Virus record (IMG/VR): IMGVR_UViG_3300017694_000010
Coordinates: 1-40,231 of that record
Reading direction: 5' to 3' (one strand)
DNA from: a virus
Length of the DNA stretch: 40,231 nucleotides
Shown here: positions 16,737-23,923 of the stretch, one piece after another
Position numbering within the stretch: position 1 is the first letter of the stretch
Layout of the letters: the number at the start of each line of letters is the position of its first letter
Notes under the pieces: generated by a model
Database searches by the model: none
What the model was told of the DNA's origin: nothing
What the model saw: only the letters and a program-made list of their open reading frames with translations
Program-made: the position numbers and the translations under genes

Positions 16737-17783
16737 CTATGTGCCACCGCCGGCCTTCCGACGCAAGCTATGTCCTGCGCGGGACAGACCCCACGCCGCG
16801 CGAATGGCTGGCAGCATCGAGGCAGGCACCAGCTTAGCGTAGCGCTCGACCTGCGCGATGGTGCTCCACCCGCCCTCATCCCTGAGCGCCATCGGGTCAC
16901 GCAGGTCGGCATACCGCCACGACGCCCAGGTGTGCCGCAGGGTGTGCGGGCTGACTTCCTCCAGCCCAGCACGCCGGCAGGCTGCATTGAAGGCGGTCTT
17001 GATTTGCCCGCCGCTGGTCCGCCCGGTGTCTCTGAAGGGGGCGCCGTTGGCCTGCAGGAACACCCGGCCCTCCCGCCCCGGTAGCGCTGTGAGGGCCGCC
17101 GACACAGCCGGCACTAGAGAGAGGACGCGCTCGTTCCCCTGCTTCTGCCAGACCTTGGCCCTGCCGTGCTCCAGGTCCACATCGGGCCATTCGAGCTCTA
17201 GGGCCTCGGACAAGCGGACGCCCGTGCCAACGAGGAAGGCCAGCAGGGGCTTTAGATGCGGGGTGGCCTTCGTATGCAGGGCACCGAACTCGGCCGGCGT
17301 CAGCCACCGGGTCCGCTTTACCCCGGTCGCCCCTTTTGGCTTCTCGAAGGTCGGAACGGCGCACCAGCCGCGGCGGGCCGCATGACGCAGCACGGCCTGC
17401 AGCGGGACGATGACGTTGCGCTGCTTGGTGGCTGGCGCCGCATCCGGCCGGCACAGCACCCGCACCGCCTGATCCAGGGCCACCTGGTTGATCTCCCGCA
17501 GCAGCTTGCCGTTCATCACCCGGGTTAGCCGCTCCAGCAGCGCGACCGTCCCGGGCTTTTGTGGGTTGGCCTCCAGATAGGAGGCTATGGCGTCACCCCA
17601 CTCTACGACCGCTTCCTGACCGAAGACGGATGCGCGATGGCGCTTTTGCCCCTCTGCGGCAAGAACCTGTTCTGCTTGGCGGCGCTCAGTGCGGCCAGTG
17701 CTTTGGCGGATGCGTTGCCCATCAACTGTGCCGGTAATCCACCAGACCGACGAGCCGGTGCGGCGGGTGAGCTTGAGGGGCAT
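16737..17783 (-). CDS. int: Tyrosine integrase
   Basis: 348 aa. Motifs TGVRLSEALELEW (Arg I), HTLRHTWASW (H-x-x-R) and VERYAKL (Tyr nucleophile). Adjacent to the tRNA-like attP. Confidence 0.9.
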   Translation of the reverse strand: MPLKLTRRTGSSVWWITGTVDGQRIRQSTGRTERRQAEQVLAAEGQKRHRASVFGQEAVVEWGDAIASYLEANPQKPGTVALLERLTRVMNGKLLREINQVALDQAVRVLCRPDAAPATKQRNVIVPLQAVLRHAARRGWCAVPTFEKPKGATGVKRTRWLTPAEFGALHTKATPHLKPLLAFLVGTGVRLSEALELEWPDVDLEHGRAKVWQKQGNERVLSLVPAVSAALTALPGREGRVFLQANGAPFRDTGRTSGGQIKTAFNAACRRAGLEEVSPHTLRHTWASWRYADLRDPMALRDEGGWSTIAQVERYAKLVPASMLPAIRAAWGLSRAGHSLRRKAGGGT

Positions 17784-17947
17784 CTAAGAGCTTCCATCAG
17801 CGACTGATAGGCGATGTCGTCGTATCGAATGGCGCGGCCAGCGCGGAGGACCGGGATGCGGTGTAGGGCCTCCAGCTTCTGGACATGACGCAGGGAGACG
17901 CCGAGACGGTCGGCCACCTGCTGGCGGGTTAGTGCGGCCTCACCCAT
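17603..17947 (-). CDS. xis: Excisionase-like HTH protein (MerR/AlpA-type); the ORF tail overlaps int by 181 nt
   Basis: N-terminal LTRQQVADRLGVSLRHVQKLEALHRIPVLRAGRAIRYD is Xis/AlpA-like. No stop in this frame until 17603, inside int. Confidence 0.55.
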   Translation of the reverse strand: MGEAALTRQQVADRLGVSLRHVQKLEALHRIPVLRAGRAIRYDDIAYQSLMEALRCPSSSPAAPARRSGGLPAQLMGNASAKALAALSAAKQNRFLPQRGKSAIAHPSSVRKRS

Positions 17948-18167
17948 CCATCCCCTCCATCTCCGCGATCATCCTGGCCTGATACCAAGCCGCCTTCTGT
18001 GCATCCTCGACGGCCGAGCCCTTCAGCCCGGCGCGCCAGTTGTATTTGATGACCTGGCCCTTGCAGTAGGCCACGAACCCCTCCCGCCCGAGCGCCGCGC
18101 GGATGGCGTCGATGCACTCGATGCTGCCGGCCGTGTAGTGCGGCGGGCTGTTCACCATGTCAGGCAT
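17940..18167 (-). CDS. DUF3310-family phage protein
   Basis: GGGAGG lies 5 nt upstream of ATG 18167. NSPPHYTAGSIECIDAIRAALGREGFVAYCKGQVIKYNWRAGLKGSAVEDAQKAAWY matches the DUF3310 consensus. Confidence 0.75.
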   Translation of the reverse strand: MPDMVNSPPHYTAGSIECIDAIRAALGREGFVAYCKGQVIKYNWRAGLKGSAVEDAQKAAWYQARMIAEMEGMDG

Positions 18168-18534
18168 CCGAGCCTCCCTGCGTTGCGGTGGCGAGTGCGG
18201 CTTCAGCCTCCTGCATCGGGCAAAGGGAGACGGGAGGATTTGCGGCAGAGCAATCCCCTCCACAGACAGGGCAGCCGTAGGACTGGAACGCCCGAAGCGC
18301 TTCCCTCAGCGCCTTCTCCCGCACGCTCGGGCTATCGGCTCCGATATTGGCGGGCGGGGGTGGGGCGATCTGCTGGTCAATGATGGCGCGCACCTTCAAC
18401 AGCGCATCGCCATCCACAATGACCGAGGCATCATCTCCATAGCAGAAGCTGACGCCTCCTTTCCCGACCGGGTAAACTGTCAGAACTTCCCGCTCTCCGC
18501 TCATGGCGCAGGGTATGCGAACGGCATCAGTCAT
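18160..18534 (-). CDS. Hypothetical early protein with CPVCGGDC motif
   Basis: ATGA coupling to the upstream gene at 18531-18534. 124 aa. Confidence 0.5.
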   Translation of the reverse strand: MTDAVRIPCAMSGEREVLTVYPVGKGGVSFCYGDDASVIVDGDALLKVRAIIDQQIAPPPPANIGADSPSVREKALREALRAFQSYGCPVCGGDCSAANPPVSLCPMQEAEAALATATQGGSDA

Positions 18535-18803
18535 ACGCGCCTCCTAACACCAGCCAGCAGCACCAAGGCCCCGGCGAAGATTGCGATGGAGCTCGACGGA
18601 AGGGGACGGGCCGCGGCGACAGGAGCCGGAACCACCGGCACACCGCCACCCCACACCGGCAGCATGAAGCACACGAGGCCTGCAGTGACCGGCACGGACG
18701 CGATCTTGGCGACAGTCGCCACGCCCGCAGGACGAGCCACCCGGCGGATCGGGCGGGAGCCGCGGCGGGTGATGGGGATGCAGAAGGGGAGGAGGCGGAT
18801 CAT
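18531..18803 (-). CDS. Small membrane protein (two hydrophobic helices, basic C-terminus)
   Basis: ATG 18803 overlaps the upstream stop (ATGA). The checked frame has mostly G/C third positions. VATVAKIASVPVTAGLVCFMLPVW and SSSIAIFAGALVLLAGVRRRV. Confidence 0.5.
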   Translation of the reverse strand: MIRLLPFCIPITRRGSRPIRRVARPAGVATVAKIASVPVTAGLVCFMLPVWGGGVPVVPAPVAAARPLPSSSIAIFAGALVLLAGVRRRV

Positions 18804-19243
18804 GGGGTGCCTCCCAAGACGCGCTGCCTCAGTGCCCTGGCATCCCACAAAGCGTTGTGCTGTACGGCATCCTTAAGGGTGGTGGGATAAGCGTCTATCC
18901 TAAGCATGCTCATGTCCATGCTCGGCAAACTCACCATCTCGCCCGGTCCGGTAATGACCAAAGAGCAGAGGTGGCGTAAGTCATCAGGCCAATCTGAGAT
19001 GACCCATGGGCGCTGATCACCACTCATGAAGTCAGCGATCATCCGCCCCCACGCACCGGTGTCGGAATAGACAGGAACCGCGCCCCGAGCCGTAATAATC
19101 GGGATGACGTTCTGGCCGACCCATGGCTCTGGATGCGGGCAATCAGTTGCAACGTACAGCTCACGACCATCCTCAGCGACAAGCGCCAGGCTGATGAGTT
19201 CTCCGTAGAATCCGTTGAATTCGGTATCGAGGAAATACTTCAC
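18800..19243 (-). CDS. DEDDh-type 3-prime to 5-prime exonuclease
   Basis: FLDTEFNG (Exo I D-x-E), ISDWPDD, HNALWDARAL (H-x4-D). GTG start in a GTGA overlap with the upstream small ORF. Lower G+C than the surroundings. Confidence 0.65.
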   Translation of the reverse strand: MKYFLDTEFNGFYGELISLALVAEDGRELYVATDCPHPEPWVGQNVIPIITARGAVPVYSDTGAWGRMIADFMSGDQRPWVISDWPDDLRHLCSLVITGPGEMVSLPSMDMSMLRIDAYPTTLKDAVQHNALWDARALRQRVLGGTP

Positions 19244-19413
19244 TTCCAGAACCCCTCACGCTCGGCTTCACGCGCCGCCTCCCAGCCCGCTGCGAACGCC
19301 TCCTGGTGCATCACATTGAGCCCGTGCTGTGTCGCCCAGGCGCGGTAGGCCTCCCGGATTTCAGGAGGCATCCACGACAGGGGCTCGGCGGAGGGGTGAG
19401 TGGGGGCGGTCAT
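19240..19413 (-). CDS. Small hypothetical protein (57 aa, below the ORF-track cutoff)
   Basis: Manual translation MTAPTHPSAEPLSWMPPEIREAYRAWATQHGLNVMHQEAFAAGWEAAREAEREGFWK. ATGA overlap with the upstream gene at 19410-19413 and GTGA overlap with the downstream gene at 19240-19243. Confidence 0.5.
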   Translation of the reverse strand: MTAPTHPSAEPLSWMPPEIREAYRAWATQHGLNVMHQEAFAAGWEAAREAEREGFWK

Positions 19414-19604
19414 GCGGCCTCTCCTTCATCCGCCGGCTTAGCCCACACCGTCTCGTAGAACGGGTTCGAAGGCTGGCACGCGTCGCAGGCGTCTGACAGC
19501 AGGCCATCATGCTTCTTTGGGATCGCCCCGAAGATGGACTTGGCCAGCGCACGAGAGAGAAACATCTCCCTTCCGCAGATGCAGCGGAGCTTGATGTCGC
19601 TCAT
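19410..19604 (-). CDS. Small zinc-ribbon-like protein
   Basis: 64 aa. CIC...CDAC. ATGA overlap with the recT stop. Confidence 0.5.
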   Translation of the reverse strand: MSDIKLRCICGREMFLSRALAKSIFGAIPKKHDGLLSDACDACQPSNPFYETVWAKPADEGEAA

Positions 19605-20443
19605 TCCGCGTCCCCCTGCTCATCGGCCAGCGCGTCCAGCTTGTCCGAAGCGATGCCCTGGACCTTCTCCACAGCGGCGGCGTCGATGGCGTCCAGCGCC
19701 TCGAAGTGGGGCTGCATCTCGTTGCGCCATGCCACGACCGCTTCGGCGTTCTCCAGCTTCTTGATGGCGGCCTCGCACCACTGGACCCACTGCCGCGCGT
19801 CCTTGGCGTTGCGGGGGTTCATGTTGGGATCGAGCATCGGCCAGAGCTGGGCCGGGGCCTCCATGGCCGGCGTCAGGTCCACCACTGCAGCGCGCGGCGC
19901 GTTCTCGGCCGGCATGTCCATCGCTTCCTCGGCGGTAATCACACCGCGGAGGGCATCAGCGAACTTGTCGCGGATGGCGAAGCCGCGGGCCCGGAGCTGC
20001 AGCATGCGCTTCGGGTACTGCTGCCAGGGACCAGACTTGCCCCACAGGCCCGCCTTCTTGGCGTCCTCGACGGTGAACACCGCCTCGTGCCACTCCGAGC
20101 CGCGGCGCTTCACACGGCACACGCCGGCCATGGCATCGCCTTCGCCACGCACGCTCTCCTGGTGGCTCTCATAGGCCGGGTGGCCCTGCACCAGCGCCAG
20201 GGCGGCGTCACCCCAGATGGACGGACGGCCGTTGATAACGGCGATGTTCTGCAGGGCCTGCAGCGGGCCGAGGCCGACCTCGGCGCCCCACTGGACGGCG
20301 ACGAGGATGTTGGCCGGCTTCCCCTGGAAGTCCTTGGGCACCATCGTGCTGCTGGACAGCATGTCCGCGAAGCGCATGGCTTCCTGGAAGTTGCTGGGGG
20401 CGAGGCTGCGGCTCTGGGTGGAGACGGGAACGAGGGCGTTCAT
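19601..20443 (-). CDS. recT: RecT-family single-strand annealing recombinase
   Basis: NGRPSIWGDAALALV, FTVEDAKKAGLWGKSGPWQQYPKRMLQLRARGFAIRDKFADAL are typical RecT core motifs. Confidence 0.85.
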   Translation of the reverse strand: MNALVPVSTQSRSLAPSNFQEAMRFADMLSSSTMVPKDFQGKPANILVAVQWGAEVGLGPLQALQNIAVINGRPSIWGDAALALVQGHPAYESHQESVRGEGDAMAGVCRVKRRGSEWHEAVFTVEDAKKAGLWGKSGPWQQYPKRMLQLRARGFAIRDKFADALRGVITAEEAMDMPAENAPRAAVVDLTPAMEAPAQLWPMLDPNMNPRNAKDARQWVQWCEAAIKKLENAEAVVAWRNEMQPHFEALDAIDAAAVEKVQGIASDKLDALADEQGDAE

Positions 20444-20446
20444 GGC

Positions 20447-20914
20447 TTATGCCTTCCGGCTACGGATTTGCAGGTAGGGCGCGGCGTTCCCGAGCATTGC
20501 GCCCGGCACCTGCAGCCCCTCTTTGAGGGCGGCCTTGATCTCGGCCTTGTCGGGGATGGCGGGCGGCGTCCGCATGAAGCGGGCCGGCACTTCCCCGGTG
20601 ATGACGACGGCCGGCGCACCCTGCGCCCAGCCGATGGTGTGGTGCTCGGTCTGCACCCCGGCGGCGCCAGCCTCGATCATCGCGTCCAGCAGCGCCTGGC
20701 GGATGGCCTTGGCGTGGTCGGAGGCAGATGCCGCCGCTTCCTCCAGCGCGAGGATCAGGTTCCCTGCGGTACGGAAGGCGCCGATCAGATCCTCAGCCCG
20801 CGCCACGTCGTCGGCGGCCATCTGGACCAGCGCCGGCAGGGTGTCGTTGCCGGCCAGGGGGCTGCACCGCTGGCGCAGGGCGTCCCGGATGGGGAGGGAG
20901 TGGTCGGCCATCAC
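20447..20914 (-). CDS. Gp157-like recombination-module protein (putative)
   Basis: Sits directly upstream of recT. C-terminal PDKAEIKAALKEGLQVPGAMLGNAAPYLQIR resembles Sipho_Gp157-family C-termini. Alternative start at ATG 20911. Confidence 0.4.
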   Translation of the reverse strand: MMADHSLPIRDALRQRCSPLAGNDTLPALVQMAADDVARAEDLIGAFRTAGNLILALEEAAASASDHAKAIRQALLDAMIEAGAAGVQTEHHTIGWAQGAPAVVITGEVPARFMRTPPAIPDKAEIKAALKEGLQVPGAMLGNAAPYLQIRSRKA

Positions 20915-21153
20915 CCGACCCTCCCCATCTCACGAGCCCTATCCCGCAGCCGCTCGACCTTCTCCCGCGTCCAGCCGAACCAGTCCATGATCTTGGCGTT
21001 GGTGTCGCCGGCCCGGATCATGCGGATGGCCTCATCCTGATCCGACGCCGCAACACGGTTGATCGGGCACTCCTGGCGGGCTGCCAGCATGCCGCGTCGC
21101 CCGGCTTCGGCCACCTTGGCGCGCCAGGCGTCGTTGTGGAGGAAGTGGGTCAT
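20911..21153 (-). CDS. Hypothetical early protein (possible HTH)
   Basis: 80 aa. Stop-start coupled on both sides. Confidence 0.45.
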   Translation of the reverse strand: MTHFLHNDAWRAKVAEAGRRGMLAARQECPINRVAASDQDEAIRMIRAGDTNAKIMDWFGWTREKVERLRDRAREMGRVG

Positions 21154-21536
21154 CAGCCGGCGTCCTGCACGGGCAGGAACTCGTACTCGACGGGCTGCGG
21201 CACCACGGGCTTGGCGCGGTATTCGAGGCCGAAGGCATAAAGAATTCGCTCAAAAGCGCTGAGCATGCCTGCCTGCGATGTGGTGCGATGGGGCTCAACG
21301 GTCAGCCGCACCACCTCCGCCTTCGCCAAGGTCAGCGCGGGGTGTTCGGTGGGAGTGGCGGGTTCGATCTCTTCGTCCAACGCGCAGCACTCCTGCCCGT
21401 TATCCCAGATCACGCCGTGCGGGCTGAAATCATCCTGGATGGTGCCAAAATCGCCCGGCATGTATCGCGCTTGCCCACGCTCGCTGTCGTTTGAGACGCA
21501 CCGCACCCGGTCGCCCTTCTGGAACTTGCTCATCAC
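21153..21536 (-). CDS. Hypothetical early protein
   Basis: 127 aa. Stop-start coupled on both sides. Confidence 0.45.
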   Translation of the reverse strand: MMSKFQKGDRVRCVSNDSERGQARYMPGDFGTIQDDFSPHGVIWDNGQECCALDEEIEPATPTEHPALTLAKAEVVRLTVEPHRTTSQAGMLSAFERILYAFGLEYRAKPVVPQPVEYEFLPVQDAG

Positions 21537-21754
21537 TCAGCCTCCACCCCGCCGCGCACCGGCAGCGGGAAGACGTTGTTCTTCTGGGTCGAGCGCAGCT
21601 GCGCCCGCAGGATTTCGAGGCGGCGGGCGGCTTCGTGCTGCTCGCGCTGCCACATGCGACGCTCCACCGGGTCGGTCGCGTGCTGGCCGGCGATGCGCAT
21701 CTCGGAGACGAGCATCTGCGCCAGGGCCAGGGGGTGGTGGGTGATGATCCCCAT
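21533..21754 (-). CDS. Hypothetical early protein
   Basis: 73 aa. Operon register with coupled neighbours. Confidence 0.4.
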   Translation of the reverse strand: MGIITHHPLALAQMLVSEMRIAGQHATDPVERRMWQREQHEAARRLEILRAQLRSTQKNNVFPLPVRGGVEAE

Positions 21755-22074
21755 CAGCCGACAGCCTTGGTGATGGCGGCACGAATACGCGTGCAGATGT
21801 TATCTTCGTAGAAGTCATCATCCATGTAAGAGCAAGCATCGACTTCTTTGGCAGCGCCCTCCAGCGCGCCCAGGGCCGCCTCAAGCATACTCAGAAGCTC
21901 CGGCGCCGCCGCGATCAGGCGGGCGTTGGCTTCACCTTCGGGGCTGGTGCGACGGCTGATGCCGCCCCAATTGGTGACATTCTTGTTGCCCACCGCAGCG
22001 GGCGCTTCGATCTGATAGGGGCGCCCGCTAGAGCGCCGAATCTGCCAAGGCCCCGGCGTATGCTTTGCAATCAC
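21754..22074 (-). CDS. Conserved phage protein (HTPGPW ... EANARLIAAAPELL type, Ead/Ea22-like)
   Basis: GTG 22074 forms a GTGA overlap with the upstream stop. The longer ORF-track call (to 22272) would overlap the better 22071..22262 gene. Motifs HTPGPWQI and GEANARLIAAAPELLSMLEAAL. Confidence 0.5.
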   Translation of the reverse strand: MIAKHTPGPWQIRRSSGRPYQIEAPAAVGNKNVTNWGGISRRTSPEGEANARLIAAAPELLSMLEAALGALEGAAKEVDACSYMDDDFYEDNICTRIRAAITKAVG

Positions 22075-22262
22075 ACCCACGAGCTGATCCCCCACGACAC
22101 GACCAGGAAGGTCACGAAGCCCAGGATCGACGCGTTGATGATCCCGAGCGCGGCATCCAGATCGTGCGGCACCCGGTCGCCGTTGCGCTTGTAGGCGGCG
22201 CGGTATTCTTCGACGGTCGGCGTGATCGGGGCGCCGAAGTCGAGGGTGTCCAGGCGGGTCAT
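22071..22262 (-). CDS. Small protein with C-terminal TM helix
   Basis: 63 aa. ASILGFVTFLVVSWGISSWV. Coupled to neighbours. Confidence 0.45.
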   Translation of the reverse strand: MTRLDTLDFGAPITPTVEEYRAAYKRNGDRVPHDLDAALGIINASILGFVTFLVVSWGISSWV

Positions 22263-22462
22263 GCCGCAGCACTCCGATAGGTCATCGCGTTGAACATCGC
22301 GTCCGCAGTCGTCTCGATGCGCGCGGCCTCAGCCTCGTAGTGGGCGGACAGGTTCGCGCTCTTGCCCTGGGCGGCGACGCGGTTGGACGCGGCCTGGTCA
22401 CGCAGGGTCGCGATGACTTCCACGGCGATCTCGTAGGGGAGGCAGGCGAGGGTGGCGGTCAC
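22259..22462 (-). CDS. Hypothetical early protein
   Basis: 67 aa. ATGA-type coupling on both sides. Confidence 0.4.
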   Translation of the reverse strand: MTATLACLPYEIAVEVIATLRDQAASNRVAAQGKSANLSAHYEAEAARIETTADAMFNAMTYRSAAA

Positions 22463-22713
22463 GACGCGGCCCCAAACAGCAGAGCCGCAGCGGAGTGCAT
22501 CGCCTTCAGACAGGCGGCCTCGGCCTCGGTGTCGCCATCGCGGATGGCAATGTCGAGCGCGAGGCTGATGGCGTTCTCGCCGGCCTCCAGCGCATCGCGC
22601 GCATCGTCACGCGCCTTCTGGACTGCGACTTCAGCGAAGTAAGCGCGAGTGGCGCGGCTAAGCGGCGCGTCGGGGGCGTACTGGGGGGAGACGTTGTCGG
22701 GGTAGTGACCCAT
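22459..22713 (-). CDS. First gene of the leftward early operon, hypothetical
   Basis: GGAGG lies 5 nt upstream of ATG 22713. 84 aa. Confidence 0.5.
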   Translation of the reverse strand: MGHYPDNVSPQYAPDAPLSRATRAYFAEVAVQKARDDARDALEAGENAISLALDIAIRDGDTEAEAACLKAMHSAAALLFGAAS

Positions 22714-22748
22714 GAAATCCTCCACTGCCCTGCGTTGGGCGTGAGAGG

Positions 22749-22777
22749 ATTATGGTGCACAGCGGGTGCACTCGCAA
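22749..22777 (-). promoter_or_regulatory. Leftward early promoter (PL-like): -35 TTGCGA, 17-nt spacer, -10 CATAAT
   Basis: The minus strand reads TTGCGA-GTGCACCCGCTGTGCAC-CATAAT. It lies about 36 nt upstream of ATG 22713, and the spacer is exactly one operator pair. Confidence 0.65.
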
Positions 22778-22801
22778 TGGAAAAGTGCATGCCGAGTGCA
22801 C
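22755..22801. promoter_or_regulatory. Operator cluster OL: two pairs of GTGCAY hexamers spaced 11 bp
   Basis: GTGCAC at 22755 and 22766; GTGCAT at 22785 and GTGCAC at 22796. The same pair geometry recurs at 23354/23365. Confidence 0.6.
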
Positions 22802-22969
22802 TTTCTGTGAACCGACCTTAACCTGACGCAGTGAGCGGCTTCTACCTATCGTAGTCTCAAAAATAGACGGTGACGGGCACGTAATGGCGTGTCAGGTTCA
22901 CCTTACGTTCTCTCACAGGGCTGCAGCAAGAGGGTCCAAGGAACATGCAATCGAGTGCGTGGAGACGTT

Positions 22970-23293
22970 CTAGGCTTCCTGGCGAGGCTCCGCCGTCTGA
23001 TCCACTGGTGCCAGTGCGTCTGATAGGATCAGATCCCCAATCCGCTTCGGAAGACCCGAAGGATCGCCCAAAAGGACGAAATCGGCAGTCACCCCGGTAG
23101 AGCGGAAAAACCGATACAGGGGGTAGTGCATGGGATACGCCGTACCCCTGATCCAGTTGCCAAGGTGGTTCTTGGTGACCCCCATGATATCGGCAGCCTG
23201 AACCTGGTTCAGCTTTGCGGCGTAGATGGCGCGCTTCAAACGATCACCAACGGCGCGCCGATGATCGCTTTCTGTGAGTATGAGTATCTCCAT
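22970..23293 (-). CDS. Short XRE-family HTH repressor (CI analogue, no S24 peptidase domain)
   Basis: MEILILTESDHRRAVGDRLKRAIYAAKLNQVQAADIMGVTKNHLGNWIRG is an XRE HTH. The longer ORF-track N-terminus (to 23551) runs antisense through cro and is rejected. No SD within 15 nt of ATG 23293. Confidence 0.65.
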   Translation of the reverse strand: MEILILTESDHRRAVGDRLKRAIYAAKLNQVQAADIMGVTKNHLGNWIRGTAYPMHYPLYRFFRSTGVTADFVLLGDPSGLPKRIGDLILSDALAPVDQTAEPRQEA

Positions 23294-23301
23294 AGCGCTG
23301 G

Positions 23302-23373
23302 ATAGTGCACTGAGCGGAAAACCACGTCGGTGCACTATTCCACTTGCGCGTTGGTGCACCTCAGGTGCACTAT
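23302..23373. promoter_or_regulatory. Operator cluster OR in the repressor/cro divergent region
   Basis: GTGCAC at 23305, 23330, 23354 and 23365 (the last two 11 bp apart). Extended motif RGTGCACTAT three times (23329-23338 and 23364-23373 on +; 23311-23302 on -). A further ATGCAC at 23385. Confidence 0.6.
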
Positions 23374-23584
23374 GTCGCCTATGGATGCACTCGCCCTTGC
23401 CATCTCCAAAGCCGGAAAAGCCGCCGATCTCGCGCGTGCCCTTGGGATCACCAAGAGCGCCGTGAGTAACTGGCGTCGGCGGGGTCACGTCCCTGCTGAG
23501 CAGGCGATCATGATCGAGGAGCGTTACGGCGTTCCCGCGCGTGATCTTCATCGTCCTGCTTCCAAGCTAGGGGCGGCGGCGTGA
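23372..23584 (+). CDS. Cro/YdaS-like HTH protein
   Basis: AISKAGKAADLARALGITKSAVSNWRRRGHVPAEQAIMIEERYGV matches the YdaS/Cro-like pattern. The start is uncertain (ATG 23372 or 23381). Confidence 0.55.
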   Translation: MSPMDALALAISKAGKAADLARALGITKSAVSNWRRRGHVPAEQAIMIEERYGVPARDLHRPASKLGAAA

Positions 23585-23586
23585 TG

Positions 23587-23790
23587 TCAGTCCACGTCGA
23601 AGGGGTGGGGTTCGGGCCAGGGTCCGTTCCTCTCGCGCCAATCTCTGATGAACAGATTGATCGCGATCTCCTGCTGTTCCGCATGGCGCGCCTGCTTGTC
23701 GAGGGCTCGGCCAATCTCCTTCAGCTGTTGGCTGACGGTGAAGCCGTTCCAGACCAGTGTGGCCACGCAGAGCGCAATGAACCAATCCAT
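23587..23790 (-). CDS. Small N-terminally anchored membrane protein, convergent with cro
   Basis: GAAGGAGAA RBS 6 nt upstream of ATG 23790. G/C-rich third positions in this frame but not in the overlapping + ORF 23581..23823. TM helix WFIALCVATLVWNGF. Confidence 0.6.
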   Translation of the reverse strand: MDWFIALCVATLVWNGFTVSQQLKEIGRALDKQARHAEQQEIAINLFIRDWRERNGPWPEPHPFDVD

Positions 23791-23923
23791 GTCGGTTTCT
23801 CCTTCGGGGTGAACCGGGCATGATCGGCAGGTTTCGCAACGCTGCGAAAGCGATTCTATTGGCCATCTGGGCGCCCATCGACCGGTTCCTCCGTAGGTTC
23901 GAGGACGACTACGAGGGGCACGA

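Noticed and set aside
18531-18803. PEP-CTERM-like sorting signal at the C-terminus (PLPSSSIAIFAGALVLLAGVRRRV)
   Set aside because: It has PLP rather than PEP and there is no N-terminal signal peptide. The protein is only 90 aa, in an early operon. More simply, it is a second TM helix with a basic tail.
23344-23376. Assignment of a rightward PR promoter (TTGCGC ... CACTAT / TATGTC)
   Set aside because: The spacings are wrong (18 nt to a 3/6 -10, or 21 nt to TATGTC). No arrangement matched the clear PL geometry, so it is left unannotated.
22970-23551. Full-length 193-aa version of the repressor ORF
   Set aside because: The N-terminal 86 codons run antisense through the cro gene and the operator region and have poor composition. 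The XRE HTH domain begins right after the internal ATG at 23293.
23581-23823. 80-aa + strand ORF after cro
   Set aside because: Third-position G/C bias and a strong RBS favour the overlapping minus-strand ORF 23587..23790. The + ORF has no RBS and an odd composition.
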